A stretch of DNA of 64,000 nucleotides from Octopus vulgaris (lineage: Eukaryota): assembly GCA_951406725.2 (NCBI GenBank), contig OX597819.1:10788001-10852000 (forward strand), given 5' to 3'. Of this stretch, positions 37,971 to 51,720 are shown in pieces. The notes beneath the pieces were generated by a model. It ran no database searches. It saw only the letters and a list, made by a program, of their open reading frames with translations, and had not been told where the DNA came from. A program made the position numbers and the translations under genes. Each line of letters starts with the position of its first letter. The stretch's first letter is position 1.

Positions 37971-38160
37971 CATCATCATCATCATCATCGTTTAACATCC
38001 ATTTTCCATGCTAGCATGGGTTAGACGGTTCAACTGGGGTCTGGGAAGCCAGAAGGCTGCACCAGGCCCAGTTTGATCTGGCAATGTTTCTACAGCTGGA
38101 TGCCCTTCCTAACGCCAACCACTCCATGAGTGTAGTGGGTGCTTTTTACATGCCACCGGT
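37971..38160 (-). mobile_element. Family A (RTE 3' tail)
   Basis: (CAT)n tail and conserved body. CGGTACAT on both sides may be a TSD. Confidence 0.85.
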
Positions 38161-39019
38161 ACATATATAAAATATTACAAGTGTTGCCTTAAAAGGTACG
38201 AAAGTAGAATAGCAAAATGCGCACATTCAAAAGAGTTACAGAATGTCATAATAAACCTTAATAAGTATGGGACTAGCGTTGTTGCACCAAAATATTGGAA
38301 TCACTATATGTTGCACATTCTGTGGCATCCTTTTTATCACAAGACATTTGTTTAGTTCATTGAAATTAAATCATATTAAAAATGATTTAAGTCAAATCAT
38401 CGTATACTCAATTTTAACAAAACAATTGTGTACAAGTACTAATGTCATCTTTACGCAATAATTCAATCTATGAATGATAATTTTTATAAATTTACAAGTA
38501 ATTAATAAAAAATAATTTAGTAAACTTTGTTTAATTCGCATACCTATTCCATAAATATCAAACAGATGGAAACTGTACTCAAGCCCATCAGTAGTGGGTG
38601 TCCAATGTAGACATACTTGTAATATTTAGTTTTGTCTTCTCTATGTTCTTAGTTCAAATCCCACACATATTGATTGTAAGTACCAGTAATATACATGTGT
38701 CATTCCAATTGTCTCATAAAACTCAGCTTTGCATCCTGTCAAAAGAAACTAATATTAATTCTCATAGAATTTATTTAGTATTTAGCTTCAGGTTGTGTAT
38801 TCTGAGTTTAAATCCTGTCTGAGCTGTCATTGCTTTTCTCTCTCCAGTACCATCTACCAGTAAGATACTGAGGTCAATTCAGTTGGCTCTATCTTTTTCT
38901 CCATTTAAAATTGGTTTTGGTGTTTAGTTTAATGAAATCATTATCATCATCTGCTTTCTCATGCTTGTATGAGATGGATGCTGTTCTTATCACCGACCTT
39001 ACTTGATATTCATGTAAAG

Positions 39020-39150
39020 TATTTTAAAATTTCACCGGCAAGTTATTGGTCACTCTAGTAAAAGACACTTGCATAAGGTGCCACAGAGTGGGATGGAACC
39101 AAAAACCACATGGTTGTGAAGCAAGCTTCCTAACACACAGCCAAATCTAT
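39020..39150 (-). mobile_element. SINE family B, 5' part, diverged
   Basis: AGACACTTGCATAAGGTGCCACAGAGTGGGA...ACCACATGGTTG. Confidence 0.65.
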
Positions 39151-40415
39151 GCCTCAAATCAATATTTATTTACACACTAAAAGAAAGAACACCTCTGCTA
39201 CTCACACACTCCTAACATATGTAAATTACACGATAGAAATGTCAAATGCTAAATTAATGACTAGAAACAGTAACTGTTCCATAAACAAGAGTATTCAAAT
39301 TTGTATTTGTTTTAACCAATTACCCACATTAAAAATAAACAAGAACAAACACACACACACATACAAACACACACACATACAAATTTCAAACTACCAACTT
39401 CAATGGAGAACAATTTCAATGAAATTTACGAGATTCAACTAATTACTGTGTGGAAAGCTATAAAAACTTTTGAGAGATTTTAGCTGTCAGCTCCCCTCAT
39501 TCAATGATCAGGGTAATGTGGACAGTAATCACCCAACAACACCACAAGGGAAACACCACATAGTGGAGGACAGTGGGATGTGGGGGGGGGGAAGGAAAAG
39601 GAATGATCAATACCCCTTCCCCATCTCCCTAATGCTTCACATTGTATGCTGCAATTCAGAGATGTCACTGCAGACTTCCGAAGAGGAAGTATCCATCAGA
39701 GATACTTCACATAAAGATTGCTGCTAAAATCTCATTTATATAAAATCTTTAGTTTTATGCAAATTTTTTTTCAAGAAATGGCATCCATTCTTGAAATTGC
39801 CACAAACCAAAAACATGCAACAAACAAGTGTTGAAGACTTTTATTAGTTCTGTTTATTCAGACAGGTAGCAGTTGTCAAAATCTGGAGATTATATATTGC
39901 AAATGTCACCGACAGACAACAGAACTGACCACCCCTACACACACTTTGCCCAGTACTCAACAATTGACTGGTGATGTTAGAGTAGTCGGGTGTCATATTG
40001 AGAAAAGCAGTGTTTTTACTTGTTAGTTTATTTATTTGGTTCAAAGTTGAAAGAATCCTGAACTATGCATGACATAAATGATAGTAGCTTTGGAGAGAAT
40101 AAATTATTAAACTATCAGAATAAAAATATAAAATGAATGGATAAATAACATATTTTTATATTAAGTTGTGTGCTTTTGTATTATACACACACACACACAC
40201 ACACTCATACTGTTGACATCCCATGGGCAACCTTCGACTCTTTTCAAGCCATAGGGATTTTTAACTCAATATTTACATGCTATTATTTAGACTTTATCAG
40301 CTTTTAGTTTTATCATTACTCCATATGTGTGTGTGCATATTCATGTGTGTACATGTGTATATGTGTGTGTATATATAAATGTATGTATATATATATATAC
40401 ACACACACACATATA

Positions 40416-40545
40416 CATCATTTAGCGTCCACTTTCCATGCTAGCATGGGTTGGACGGTTCAACTGGGGTCTGGGAAGCCAGAAGGCTGCACCAGGCCCA
40501 GTCTGATCTGGCAGTGTTTCTACAGCTGAATGCCCTTCCTAACAC
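40416..40545 (-). mobile_element. Family A (RTE 3' tail)
   Basis: Conserved body, truncated at CCCTTCCTAACACCAA. Confidence 0.85.
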
Positions 40546-40548
40546 CAA

Positions 40549-40606
<58 letters not shown>

Positions 40607-40616
40607 TGTATGTCAG

Positions 40617-40997
40617 TGGTATGGTCATGTGATGTTCATGGATGAAGACAGCTTTGTAAAGAAGTGTTGATCTTTAATTGTGAAGAGAACCTGTGGAAGA
40701 GCTAGACCCAAGAAAATGTAGGACAATGCGGTGAAATATGATCTTCGGTTGTTGAACCTCACAGAGGCAATGACAAGTCATCAAGCTAAGTGAATCGTGG
40801 TCGCTGCCAGTGCTGATGTCATGTAAAAAGCACCTAGTACATTCTGTAAAGTAGTTGAAATTAGGAAGGGCATCCAGTCATAGAAACCAACTGAAAACAG
40901 ACAACTGGAACCTGGTGCAGCTCTTTGGCTTACCAGTTCCAGTCAAATCATCTTACCCACCCATGCCAGTATGGAAAACTGACATTAAATGACGATA
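40617..40997 (+). mobile_element. RTE LINE 3' end: ORF C-terminus joined to a family A tail
   Basis: WYGHVMFMDEDSFVKKC*...GRARPKKM*DNAVKYDL...MTS (the WxGHV and GRP motifs), followed by GTAAAAAGCACC and AGGAAGGGCATCCAG. Confidence 0.8.
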
Positions 40998-41416
40998 ACA
41001 CACACATACAAAACTGACATTCACTGTATCCATCTCAATCCCCATCTCTAATCATCTGCAACCCTTTTTTCACACTCATACAAACTTGCCTGCCGCTCTT
41101 TCTGTTCTTTGATCCCTATCCTCTCTCTCTCATATCACCTTCTACCTTGAAGGTAGGCCTTCACCATCTCTTTTTCCAACTGGATAGCCTTGTATCTTCT
41201 CTTCAGCAAAACACCTGTTCCTGTCCCTCTATTATACTTGCATTTCCTTCAATATTCTACACCCCTTAGTTAAGGTGGGGTTTTTGCATTTTGAGTACTT
41301 GGTGACCTCATAGTGGTAATGCCATGAAAAAAAAGCAACCACTAAACTCTGTAATGTGATTGGCTTTAGGCAGTAGAAACCATGCCAAAACAGACATTGG
41401 AGCTCAGTTCTTTGAA

Positions 41417-41636
41417 CCCTTACGCTACCGTATTTATTTTGAGATGCTCCGTGTTTCTTTCAATTATTTTAAATATAGCAAAGAATTTAGTAAAATAACT
41501 TGGTTATCATTAAGCTAGTGTTAGGAACATAAATTGTGACTAAGGTTTGGTGGAAGATCTTAATTCAAAACTTATGAAAACAAGACATTTGTACTCAGAG
41601 CCAGAGCCGGTTTCAGCCAGGTTGGTAACAAAAGGG
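41417..41636. mobile_element. piggyBac-type MITE family P1, third copy
   Basis: Interior matches 27123-27342. Right end is GGG|TTAA; left end is mutated (TGAA|CCC). Confidence 0.85.
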
Positions 41637-42499
41637 TTAAACAATGATGATGATACACACACACACACACACACAAAAGATGGACTTGTGCTAAGTTTCT
41701 ATCTACCAATTACTACTCATTATGTATTGGTCAATGCATAAAAGACACTTGTCCAAAGAACTGCACAGCAGGATCAGCTCCAGTAACGTCATTGTGAAGT
41801 GAAATTCTTAAACTACATAACCATATCAATTTTTCTGTCCATTGATTGGTTTGGATATTAGAAGAATGTTTTGTAATAATGTCAGCAGAATGTGATTTGC
41901 ACAATGTATCCTAAGCATTGAGAAGAGTTGCAGAGATTAAAACTGTTGTGGGTTCAAACCCATTGCTCATATTCTGTTATGTCTTTAGCTCTATATTATT
42001 TTACTAATTTCACATGACCTAACTGTAATAAAGAGATGATTCTCATTTCATGGCTGAGTGGTCAGCATTTGTATGAGCATTTTAGCTATAAAACACCAAC
42101 TCTAAGAGTATATGTCTGAGGTTAAACATTTGCGAAATTAATATCAACATCAAAAGCAATTTTGAATTAAGAAAAGTATATTACTTAGAATTCTATAAAA
42201 TTCCATAGCAAGAGAAACAACTAAAAAGAACCATTAATATAAAATGTGTACAACCAATTTATACAGTGGGCAACAAGGGAATGTCAGTGTAATTATTCAA
42301 CATGATGCAAATAGCAATCAAATCTCTCTTAAGTCACACCACACCAGCTTAAAAAGAAAGAGCACAACATTATATAGTCTTAAGATATCTTTTAAAAGAC
42401 TGGATAGTCATAACTGGAATAACCTTGATCATATGTCTGCTTATCCAAGGTTGATGTGGGGCTAATTAACAATGACAAAACAACAGCAGTCAAATATCT

Positions 42500-42745
42500 T
42501 TTATCCATTACTTACTTTAGTCATTTGACTGTGGCCATGCTGGGGTTTTTAATTGAATAAATTGACTCCAGGACTTATTTTTTAAGCCCAGTACTTATAT
42601 CAGCCACTAAGTTATGGGGGATAGACAGACAGACAGACACACACACACGCACACATGTATGTATATACAACAGGGTTCTTTCAGTTTTCGTCTATCAAAT
42701 CCACTCAGAAGGCTTTGGTCAGCCTGAGGTTATAGAAGACACATC
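42500..42745 (-). mobile_element. SINE family B, diverged and internally deleted
   Basis: AGTCATTTGACTGTGGCCATGCTGG...CTTTCAGTTTTCGTCTATCAAATCCACTCA. Confidence 0.75.
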
Positions 42746-43233
42746 CTGATATAGAAAATTTAGTTAGATCTCATCAGGCACAAGGAAGTCATTAAGTTGC
42801 AATGTATAAAGTAAATGCACAACTCTCATTTCTATTAATTTCTTATCATTTACTAGCAGAAGCATCTGGCATTGCCTGAGAAGAAAAAAGCAAAAATATG
42901 TTGTATAGAAATTTGTTACTCTAACTTCAATTTATTCCTCAATTGGGAAATTAATTCTGAATTCATAATACAATAATAATAATAATAATGATCGAAAAAT
43001 TGGATCCTATGCACAGCATTGTTCTGGAAGAAGTTTAGGTTCATGTTCATCCATAAATGCAGCCAATTCTGTGATATCATAATTTGTCTCTCTTGTTATG
43101 TCTCTTGAAGTTAAATCACTAATTTCATGGTTTGTTTTTGGCAGTCCTGAGAGAGAGAAACTTGCAAATTTTTGCCTCCCATGGCCAAAACTTGATCTTC
43201 AATTTCAATCAGTGCTTTGTTAAAAATTGCATA

Positions 43234-43607
43234 TGTAGAACGACCGTGCAGAGGAGAGGTGACGAGAAATGGCTCCTTTAATACACCACACAGTCGATTA
43301 CAATAAATACGAAAGGAGATAAATGAGGAGAAGTGTCAGAAGGAAGAGAGAGACACGACCGGTAGAATGCTAAGAGAAGATTTTATCAATAGGTTAATAT
43401 GTGTGTCTGTGTGTGCATCATATATGCATAATAACAGACAGGACGTCATGTATACAAAGTGTGTATGTAGAAACATGGATGTATGCGTGTGCGATAAGTA
43501 CAGAGCATTGAAAGAGTCTATAATAGGATGCTAGAAGAATGTTCAGACACAATGATAATAAATACCAGTTCGTAGTCAAGGTACACGATAGTTGAAGTGC
43601 TGTAACA
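43234..43607 (+). mobile_element. Candidate LTR
   Basis: TGT...ACA bounded, with AATAAA near the 3' end and TGGCG a few bases downstream. No partner LTR or TSD seen. Confidence 0.25.
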
Positions 43608-43809
43608 AGAAGTTGTGGCGAAGAAGCAGAGCCGGTTCAAGCACATGTCGTGCGTGAAGCTGTGGCTACTATGCTGCTGCCGGTCACTTGATACAGGATG
43701 TTCTCGCAAGTTGTATTTACTGTTAGCCATGGTGAAGTGATTCACAAACAGTGCCGAGATGAACCTGAATGAATGTTGCTGGTTGCTGTGTAAGTTACCA
43801 ACGTCGCTT

Positions 43810-44055
43810 CACTGGCACCAGTGCCAGTGGCACGTGTAAAAAGATTTGAGTGAGGTCATTGCCAGTACCGCCTGACTGGCCCCCATGTCGGTGGCACGTA
43901 AAAAGCACCCATTACACTCTCGGAGTGGTTGGCGTTAGAAAGGGCATCCAGCTGTAGAAACTCTGCCAGATCAAGATTGGAGCCTGGTGCAGCCATCTGG
44001 TTCGCCAGCCCTCAGTCAAAATTCATCCAACCCATGCTAGCATGGAAAGCGGACA
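43810..44055 (+). mobile_element. Family A (RTE 3' region) variant
   Basis: GGTGGCACGTAAAAAGCACCC...AGGGCATCCAGCTGTAGAAAC...CCCATGCTAGCATGGAAAGCGGAC. Confidence 0.8.
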
Positions 44056-44133
44056 TAGATACATATATATACATACATATATATATATACATTATATATA
44101 TATATATACATACATATATATATATATACATAC

Positions 44134-44164
<31 letters not shown>

Positions 44165-44928
44165 CATATATTATATATATATATATACATATATATATAC
44201 ATACATTATATATATATATACATACACACACATATATACAGATACATATATATAGATACATATATATATATAGATATATAATACAAATAAGAAAATGGAG
44301 AAACATATTTGGTTTGTTCATCAACTTACGGGCATTATAATGTTGGATTATTTATTCATTTTACAAATGAGGACATCTTTGTATGCTTTTGATGTTCTCA
44401 TGCCCCAGCATGGCCGCAGCCTTCGGGCTGAAGGATTTTAAAGGATTTAAAGGATAATATCCATAAGTTGATGAACAAACCAAATTTGTTTCTCCATTTT
44501 CTTATTATATATTATAAATTTACAGTAAAAATATTTCTTTACCTTCACCCATTTAATACAATAAATGACTTAATTGCATTGCAATTAAAAACATTTATGT
44601 ATTAAGAATTTGGGTGCTTCACCAACAGTATATTGGATAAATGATATCCCATAGTGGGTTTCACCCATAACCCCTATCTTACTTTGTACTATATAGATGT
44701 ATATACATATATATACAGATACATATATATATATATATATATATACATATATACATATATAAATACATGTGTATATATACAAATACATATATATATTTAT
44801 ATATACAAATACATACATGTATATATATAAATACATACATACACACACACACACACATATATATATATACATAGATACACACATATACAATATATATATA
44901 CACACACAAATACTTACACACACACACA

Positions 44929-44977
<49 letters not shown>

Positions 44978-45031
44978 AATACTTACACACACATATATAT
45001 GCATATATGTATATATATATATAACTATATA

Positions 45032-45075
<44 letters not shown>

Positions 45076-45100
45076 TAAATATATATATACACAAATACTT

Positions 45101-45132
<32 letters not shown>

Positions 45133-45180
45133 CTATCTATCTATCTATATATATATGGAGAGAGAGAAAGAGAGATAGAA
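44056..45180. repeat. Two compound TA/TACA/CA tracts flanking a ~400-bp island
   Basis: Tracts at 44056-44283 and 44690-45180. ACACAAATACTTACACACAC occurs three times. Confidence 0.85.
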
Positions 45181-46374
45181 ACTCCCTCAGACATCTACTC
45201 ACATACACTGAATGACAGGCCAAGAGCCGGCAAATGCACGTGGCGTTTTGTGAAATTTATTATATGCTAGAAATAAACAAAGCCATCCATGTCTTTTATG
45301 CAGTTTGCAACCTAGGTATTGTTTATCTGTCTGTGTGTCTGTCTGTCCGTCTGTCTGTCTCTCTCTGTATTTTAAATACACTCTCCTTCCAAGCACCACA
45401 TTTTTAACACTGTTTTTCACTCTCTTACACTCCTCCTTTCTCTATTTTACTCTCTTTTTCTCTTCTTTCTCTTCCCATTTTTCTAGTTCCTATCCATTCT
45501 TTTCTGTGTTTGACTTTCTCCTACTCTCCCTCTCCTCCTTTCTCTCTTGCCTATCTCTTTCTCTTAGAGACCTCTCTTCTCCATGTTTCACTTTCTCTTT
45601 CTCCTCATCTCTGTGCCTACAACACATTAGTCACTGAATAAATCACCTTTTAATAATAAGACAGCCTTGGAGCATTTCACTAAAATTATGAAGGCAAAAT
45701 GTGAGTTTTATACATTGAGCTGACCTCGAGGTGGGTGATAACCAACCAAGGATGTGTTTGTGTCTGTGTACGCAAGGAAGCATGTTTGTGCATATAGTGT
45801 ATGTACAGAGATGGCAGTGAGCAGAAATGTCTGTGTGAGAATGATTACTGGAGTGAATCCGTGTAAGATGGTAAAAATATGTATACATGTAACATGGTAA
45901 AAATATATGCATGTAATGTGGCAAATGAGAGAGAGTGTGTGTGTGTATTGATTCTGAAGTGTTTCATATTTATGAGGTTTTTCCAAAGTAAGCCATGTTT
46001 TAATAAAAATTTACAGCAAAGCCAATAAAAACTCAGTGGAAGTAGAAACAAGGCAAATCAAAATGGAAAATAAAGAGCGTGAGGTCAATATCTGACCTTT
46101 CAAATGTAACCTTTGGCTTGGACCTTCATATAAAATATACTTTAAATAATGACGATTGATTGGGGTTGTTATGGTGGTTGAGGGCAGTGGGTGGTCCCTT
46201 AAATTAGCAAAGACAGGCAATAAACAAATACTTTTGCAATATATCATTAGTGGTCGTTCGTGCTTGTGTAAATGGTGTTGGCGGAAATAAGTGGTTGCTT
46301 GGTTGGCTGAAGCGGATGGTTAAAGAAGTAGATGTGGAAGACTACAGTGGATGGGTAGCTGGTATTGGTGGTAG

Positions 46375-46599
46375 AGCTGGTAGAAACATTAGCACCGTCG
46401 GGCGAAATGCTTAGCGGTATTTCGCCTGCCGTTACGTTGTGAATTCAAATTCCGCCGAGGTCGACTTTACCTTTCATCCTTTCAGGGTCGATAAATTAAG
46501 TACCAGTTACGCACTGGGGTCGATGTAATCGACTTAATACCTATGTCTGTCCTTGTTTGTCCCTTCTATGTTTAGCCCCTTGTGGGTAATAAAGAAATA
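46375..46599 (+). mobile_element. SINE family D with a 14-bp target-site duplication
   Basis: GGTATTGGTGGTAG at 46361-46374 and 46600-46613. B-box-like TTCAAATTCC and central CCTTTCATCCTTTCAGGGTCGATAAATTAAGTACCAG. Confidence 0.85.
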
Positions 46600-47513
46600 G
46601 GTATTGGTGGTAGGGATATTATTAAAGATGTAGTTATGGTCATAGTAAAACTAGTGATGGTGATCATCATAGAAATACTAATAATAACAGTGAGCAGAGA
46701 AGCTTTGATAATATGTCATCAGTGTCAGTTGAGGGATAGCTGTCCATATGAAATATCTCAAGTTACAGCTCCTGTGATCCAGCCACAGGTATTGCTATCC
46801 AACCTCATATTACACTCAACCACATCGTTGTATCACAGGCAGGACCTATCCTGATTTCTTATGCTATTCAACAACAGTGAGCAGAGTATTTGTTTTGGGG
46901 TAGAAAGCCGTAGTGAAGGCAATCTATCTAGGGAGATAACCTTACAATAAATCACTTGGTCCGTAGCTTAGAAATACTGGGTTGACGTCCAGCGGGAACA
47001 GCTTTGTTTCATGGAGGAGGAAAGATCTTCTTTAGTACTTGGTTGTACAATGCTTTCCAATGTATGTAGTAGTGGCGCGCGCACACATTATTAGCCATTT
47101 GAAAAGACTATGAAAGTCTCGACCACGGTCGAACAATGATGATGATGATTTGTTTTGGTAGTTAAGTTTCTTCCATATTTTGAACAAGACCAAGACAAGC
47201 CAAAAGTTTTTTGCTGTACTGATGTCTTTTTTAGTGTTTCATTTAAATAGCAATTCCTATAGAGTCATTTTCATGAATAGAATAATGAGAGGCATTTGTT
47301 CATGATGAGAGAACAAACAGACATAAAACCTTTCAGTATAATCCATTTTATTTATTTAGTAATTTTTTCTATTGTTTATTTACAAAGAAACATATTTATA
47401 TTTTTTCTTTAATCTCTCACTTTCTATATGAAGATATGTCCTGCCATTTGGAAGCTTACTACAGTGCAATGAAAAAGTAACCCCTCTGACCCAGCCAACC
47501 ATCATCCTATTGT

Positions 47514-47688
47514 ATCATCATCATCATCGTTTAACGTCCGTTTTCCGCGCTAGCATGGGTTGGACGGTTCGACCGGGGTCTGGGAAGACAGGGGCTGCAC
47601 CAGGCTCCAGTCTGATCTGGCAGTGTTTCTACAGCTAGATGTCCTTCCTAACGCCAACCACTCTGCGAGTGTAGTGGGTGCTTTTTAC
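47514..47688 (-). mobile_element. Family A (RTE 3' tail)
   Basis: (CAT)n-CGTTTAACGTCCG... conserved body. Confidence 0.85.
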
Positions 47689-47719
47689 ATATGTATGTCT
47701 ATAAGATATTGAAGGAAGT

Positions 47720-48020
47720 GGTTAACAATGATTTTCTTCAACACCTCACCTCCATGACCACTAGTACAGCTTCTGCAGAGCCAGATCCACAGAAGACCTA
47801 CTCTTTTATGTTACTCACCAGTCGGCTCTTATTCGGAGATGCGCAGCAAAAACAATGTTGTTGTCATTGACATTAATAAAACCTTCGACCATGTCTGACA
47901 TGCCAATCTCCAATCAAAATTTCCTACCTCTGGGTTCCACCATCTTTCATCTCTTGCATCAGTAGTTTATTAGCAAATCACACTACTGCAGCATGTATTG
48001 ACAGAGCTCTGTGTTCCACT
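47720..48020 (+). pseudogene. CR1/Jockey-like reverse transcriptase fragment
   Basis: YSFCRARSTEDLL...VVVIDINKTFDHV*HANLQSKF...SG fits QxGFR..RST and DxxKAFDxVxH. Confidence 0.7.
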
Positions 48021-49019
48021 CTCATCATCATCATACATACATACATAGATACACAGATACTTGCATTCTACACCTGATTGCTGATACTCGATTTTGCTGT
48101 ATTGGAAGTCACTAGGTAAGCTGATTTTAGCCTTGTGAGGCTGTGTTGAATTTACTGTTTTCTATGTATTTTTTTTTTTTTCTATACAATTCTCAAGTAA
48201 TAGTGGAGACGTTTTTGTGCAAAAATATTAATCTGCATACATTTGCAAACATCCTGCTTCAAAGAAAAAAATGCATAGTTTTTTTTTTTCTTTTCTGCAA
48301 TGGGAATCAAACCAGTCAATCACACGGTTCAAACCACATAATTTGATTCCCATCAATGAAAAATGCATCTTTTCACCTTTGAAATGTATTGTTTTCCAGT
48401 GTATAGTAATGAATATACATGTACAACAGCCTATTCCATGCTGTTATGAATTGAATAAATCTGCAAATATGAATATTTTTATAAATTGTTGAAGAATATG
48501 CTTACAGCTGAATTCTCAAAACACCACCTTAAAAATGAAATGGAATTCAGTTGCATCAAGTGAACCCATTATAGCAAAAGGTCTTATAATGTAATACTGA
48601 TAATTGAATTTGATCTCATGACCTCCAGGACAACTGTTCAACAGTTTGACCTATGGACAAATGCACCTTTAAACAAAATCAGTGCATTTATAGGAAACTG
48701 TAGCTACCTAACAACAGCAGCAATAACCACCATTATATGAGCCTATATAGAAACCGGATAGAAATAACAGACAAATTTCTTTTAATTCACACTAAGAAAA
48801 AAATGGTAAAAAAGGTAGAATGATTACAGCTGGACTACTTTTGAATATAAGTCTATTCATGCAAGGTCACCATCATTACATACATTTAAACCAGCTATAT
48901 CTTATACAGAAAAGATGACATTATGAGAAATTTTATATACATTACAACTTGTTAAAAGCTTAATTAAAATCATATACATATGTTTTTAGGCCAAGAAAGA
49001 TAAATAAACAAAATATATT

Positions 49020-49390
49020 CAGACATGGCTATGTGGTTAGAAGTTTGCTTCCTAACCACATGGTTCCAAGTTCATTCCCACTGTGTGGTACTTGGGCAAA
49101 TATCTTCTGCTATAGCCTTGAGCTGACCAAAGCCTTGTAAGTGGATTTGGTAGACAGAAATTGAAAGAAGCTTGTCATGCATACATATACATATATATAC
49201 ATGTGTGTGTGTGAGTGTGAATATTTGTGTTTGCCCCCCAATGTCACTTGACAACCAGTGTTGGTTTATTTACATTCCTGTAACTTAGTTTGGCATAAAA
49301 GACTGATAGAATTAGTACCAGGTTTTAAAAAAAGGTATTGGGATCAATTTGTTTGAGTGAAACCCTTCAAGGCAATGCCCTAGCATGACA
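49020..49390 (+). mobile_element. SINE family B, near full-length, diverged
   Basis: Colinear with 23316-23719. Confidence 0.8.
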
Positions 49391-49639
49391 TATGAAAGAG
49401 AGAAGAGAAGTTGAAGGTGACCCTCTGAGAAAGCAGGTACTTTGTTCCATGTGAATGAGAGATAGAAGCAGTTCTTGATGTCTTGCAACACATTGAAGGT
49501 TTGTATAACATTCTCAGATCACTGTAACTTGCTATCTATTTTTAACAACTGGAAATTGATATTCATCATGAAAATACTAATTCATTTAGAGTGTTATAAT
49601 ACATAAACCTAAATTATTAGTTATAATTAGGGCAATGGA

Positions 49640-50040
49640 AGGCAGCAAGCTGGTAGAGTTGTTATAGCACGAGACAACATGATTAGCAGCATTTTCTCCA
49701 ACTTCACATTCGAAGTTCAAATGCTGCCACAGTAGACTGTGCCTTTCATCCTTTCGAGGTTGATAAAATAAGTACCAGTTGAGTGCTGAGGTTGATTTAA
49801 TCGACTTACCTGCTCCCCTGAAATTACTGGCTTTGTTGTGCCAAAAGTTGAAACCAATCATGAGAGCATCAAACAAATGCCTTACACTATTTGTTCCAGT
49901 TATTTACATTATCAGTTCATAACCTGTCGTAGTCATCCTTTGTCTTTCATCCTTCTGGAGGTCAATAAAAGTAACAGTTGAGTATTGAAGGTGATATAAT
50001 CAACTATTCCCTTCTCTAAATTTCTATCCTTATGCCTATG
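49640..50040 (+). mobile_element. Two tandem diverged SINE family D copies
   Basis: GCCTTTCATCCTTTCGAGGTTGATAAAATAAGTACCAGTT, and a second CTTTCATCCTTCTGGAGGTCAATAAAAG. Confidence 0.7.
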
Positions 50041-51550
50041 TTAAAAATTACTTACCAAGAGGTTTATGTAATTGTGTGTATGTATAACAGTTCTTTTTTC
50101 CAATCCAGTCAGTTCTGATTCTGCAGAGTTATTAAAAGACACTCCATCTGTAATCATCGCATCTATTTTTTTTCTCCAGGTATAATGCACCTTGCACTAC
50201 ATTATCCAATGTGTCATCTACTTTCTAACATAAAAACCATAAATTCAGATTAAAACCCTCTGCTCTGAAACATATAATCTACAATCATATACGGTCGCAA
50301 GACTCATCAACAGGTTGTCCAATTTTTTGTTGATTCAAGTATTTCTGCTCTACAGATCAAGTAGCATAATTAACTTTTCATCAGAAATTTCAGATAAAGC
50401 AACAGAATTTTTTTTTTTTTTTATTTTATATTAGATTCGTATATAGAAATATTAAGGTTTTGGCAATATATTTTGTACTCTGAAGTAAAGCAATGACGTT
50501 AAAAACATCAGATGAAACAGTCTCCCAAGGCAGTCAGCAAAACAAATATGGAATATAATGATGTTCTCAATGTCTCTAATGAAATTAAAAGCATAAGAGA
50601 AAGAGAGAGAGAAAAAAAAATTGAAATGATGAAATTAATTCTGCTACCACGATCCCATTTGATATACCCAACTGTCCTTTGCTCCTCTACTCCCTACACT
50701 TTGTACTAAACACTTCATTCATTCATTCTTCTGGAACAATTCCCCTCTTCACAGTTTCCTCACAAAATACCAATTATTAGAGGTTCAATCTGAACATAAC
50801 CACATCTACCTCACCAGGCTACAGGGATTGTGAAGTGCTATGGAATAACATACTTTTTCTACAAACTAATAATTTTACAAAAAATATCAGCTTTGCTTCG
50901 AATTGAATAAATGTGTATTAAGACATCACCTGATGCTTAATCCATTTTGTGAGACAGTGAAGCTCAATGTTGTTGAGTTGACATAATTCTTTGGTCTATT
51001 CCAATCCTGAGTATCTTCCATCATCAACTCAGGAAAAGTTTTCATCCTGTTACATTACTGGTCCAAATCTCCCTCAAAGCACACCCCAAAATGTTTTATC
51101 TTTAAAAAATAATAATAAAGCCACAAAGGCACATTAACACTTTTAATCACAGTACGCTTGATTTAGGACTAAATAATTTTCTCTTTATGTCTATTATGGC
51201 TCATGTTTTTCCACTAATTAGTGTTCAGCCTTTCTTATAAGTTAACACTGGCCATCCTTTCTATTTGACTGCAACAAATCTTGTGCCTTCATTGGCCATG
51301 CTTCACAGCTATACAGTATTATGATTCTTACATATGTTTGTGTCATATACTCTTCCCTCCTCACAAACAAATATACACACACCAATATGTGCTTGTGCAT
51401 GAACACTCTTCGTTTCCAGCTGAGATAATACTTCACAAAACTTATGCAACATACATCCTTACTGTTAAAAAAGGAAAATAAGTGAATCATATAGAATTCC
51501 CCACTAAAACAACCAATGATGTTTTCACCACTTCTAAGGTGAATATCATT

Positions 51551-51720
51551 AGAAAGGAAGAAAGAAAGAAAGAAAGGAAGGAAAGAAGGAAGGAAGAAAG
51601 AAAGAAAGAAAGAAAGGAAGGAAGAAAGAAAGAAAGGAAGGAAGGAAGGAAGGAAGAAAAAGAATGAATGATAGAAAGAAAGAATATTAGAAACATAAAA
51701 AGATAGAAAGGAAGAAAGAA
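51551..51720. repeat. (GAAA/GGAA)n polypurine microsatellite
   Basis: Explains the E/R/K-rich ORF. Confidence 0.9.

Noticed and set aside
42745-42780. Hammerhead from minus-strand CTGATGAGATCT
   Set aside because: No GAAA or stem III follows.
44605-44675. Type II hammerhead on the minus strand (GGGTGAAACCCA...TGGG...CACCC)
   Set aside because: No CTGANGA core and no proper A-U closing pair.
51242-51490. Coding ORF with ILYSCEAW
   Set aside because: Only a few residues resemble the RTE LYGxExW motif, which is too short to annotate.
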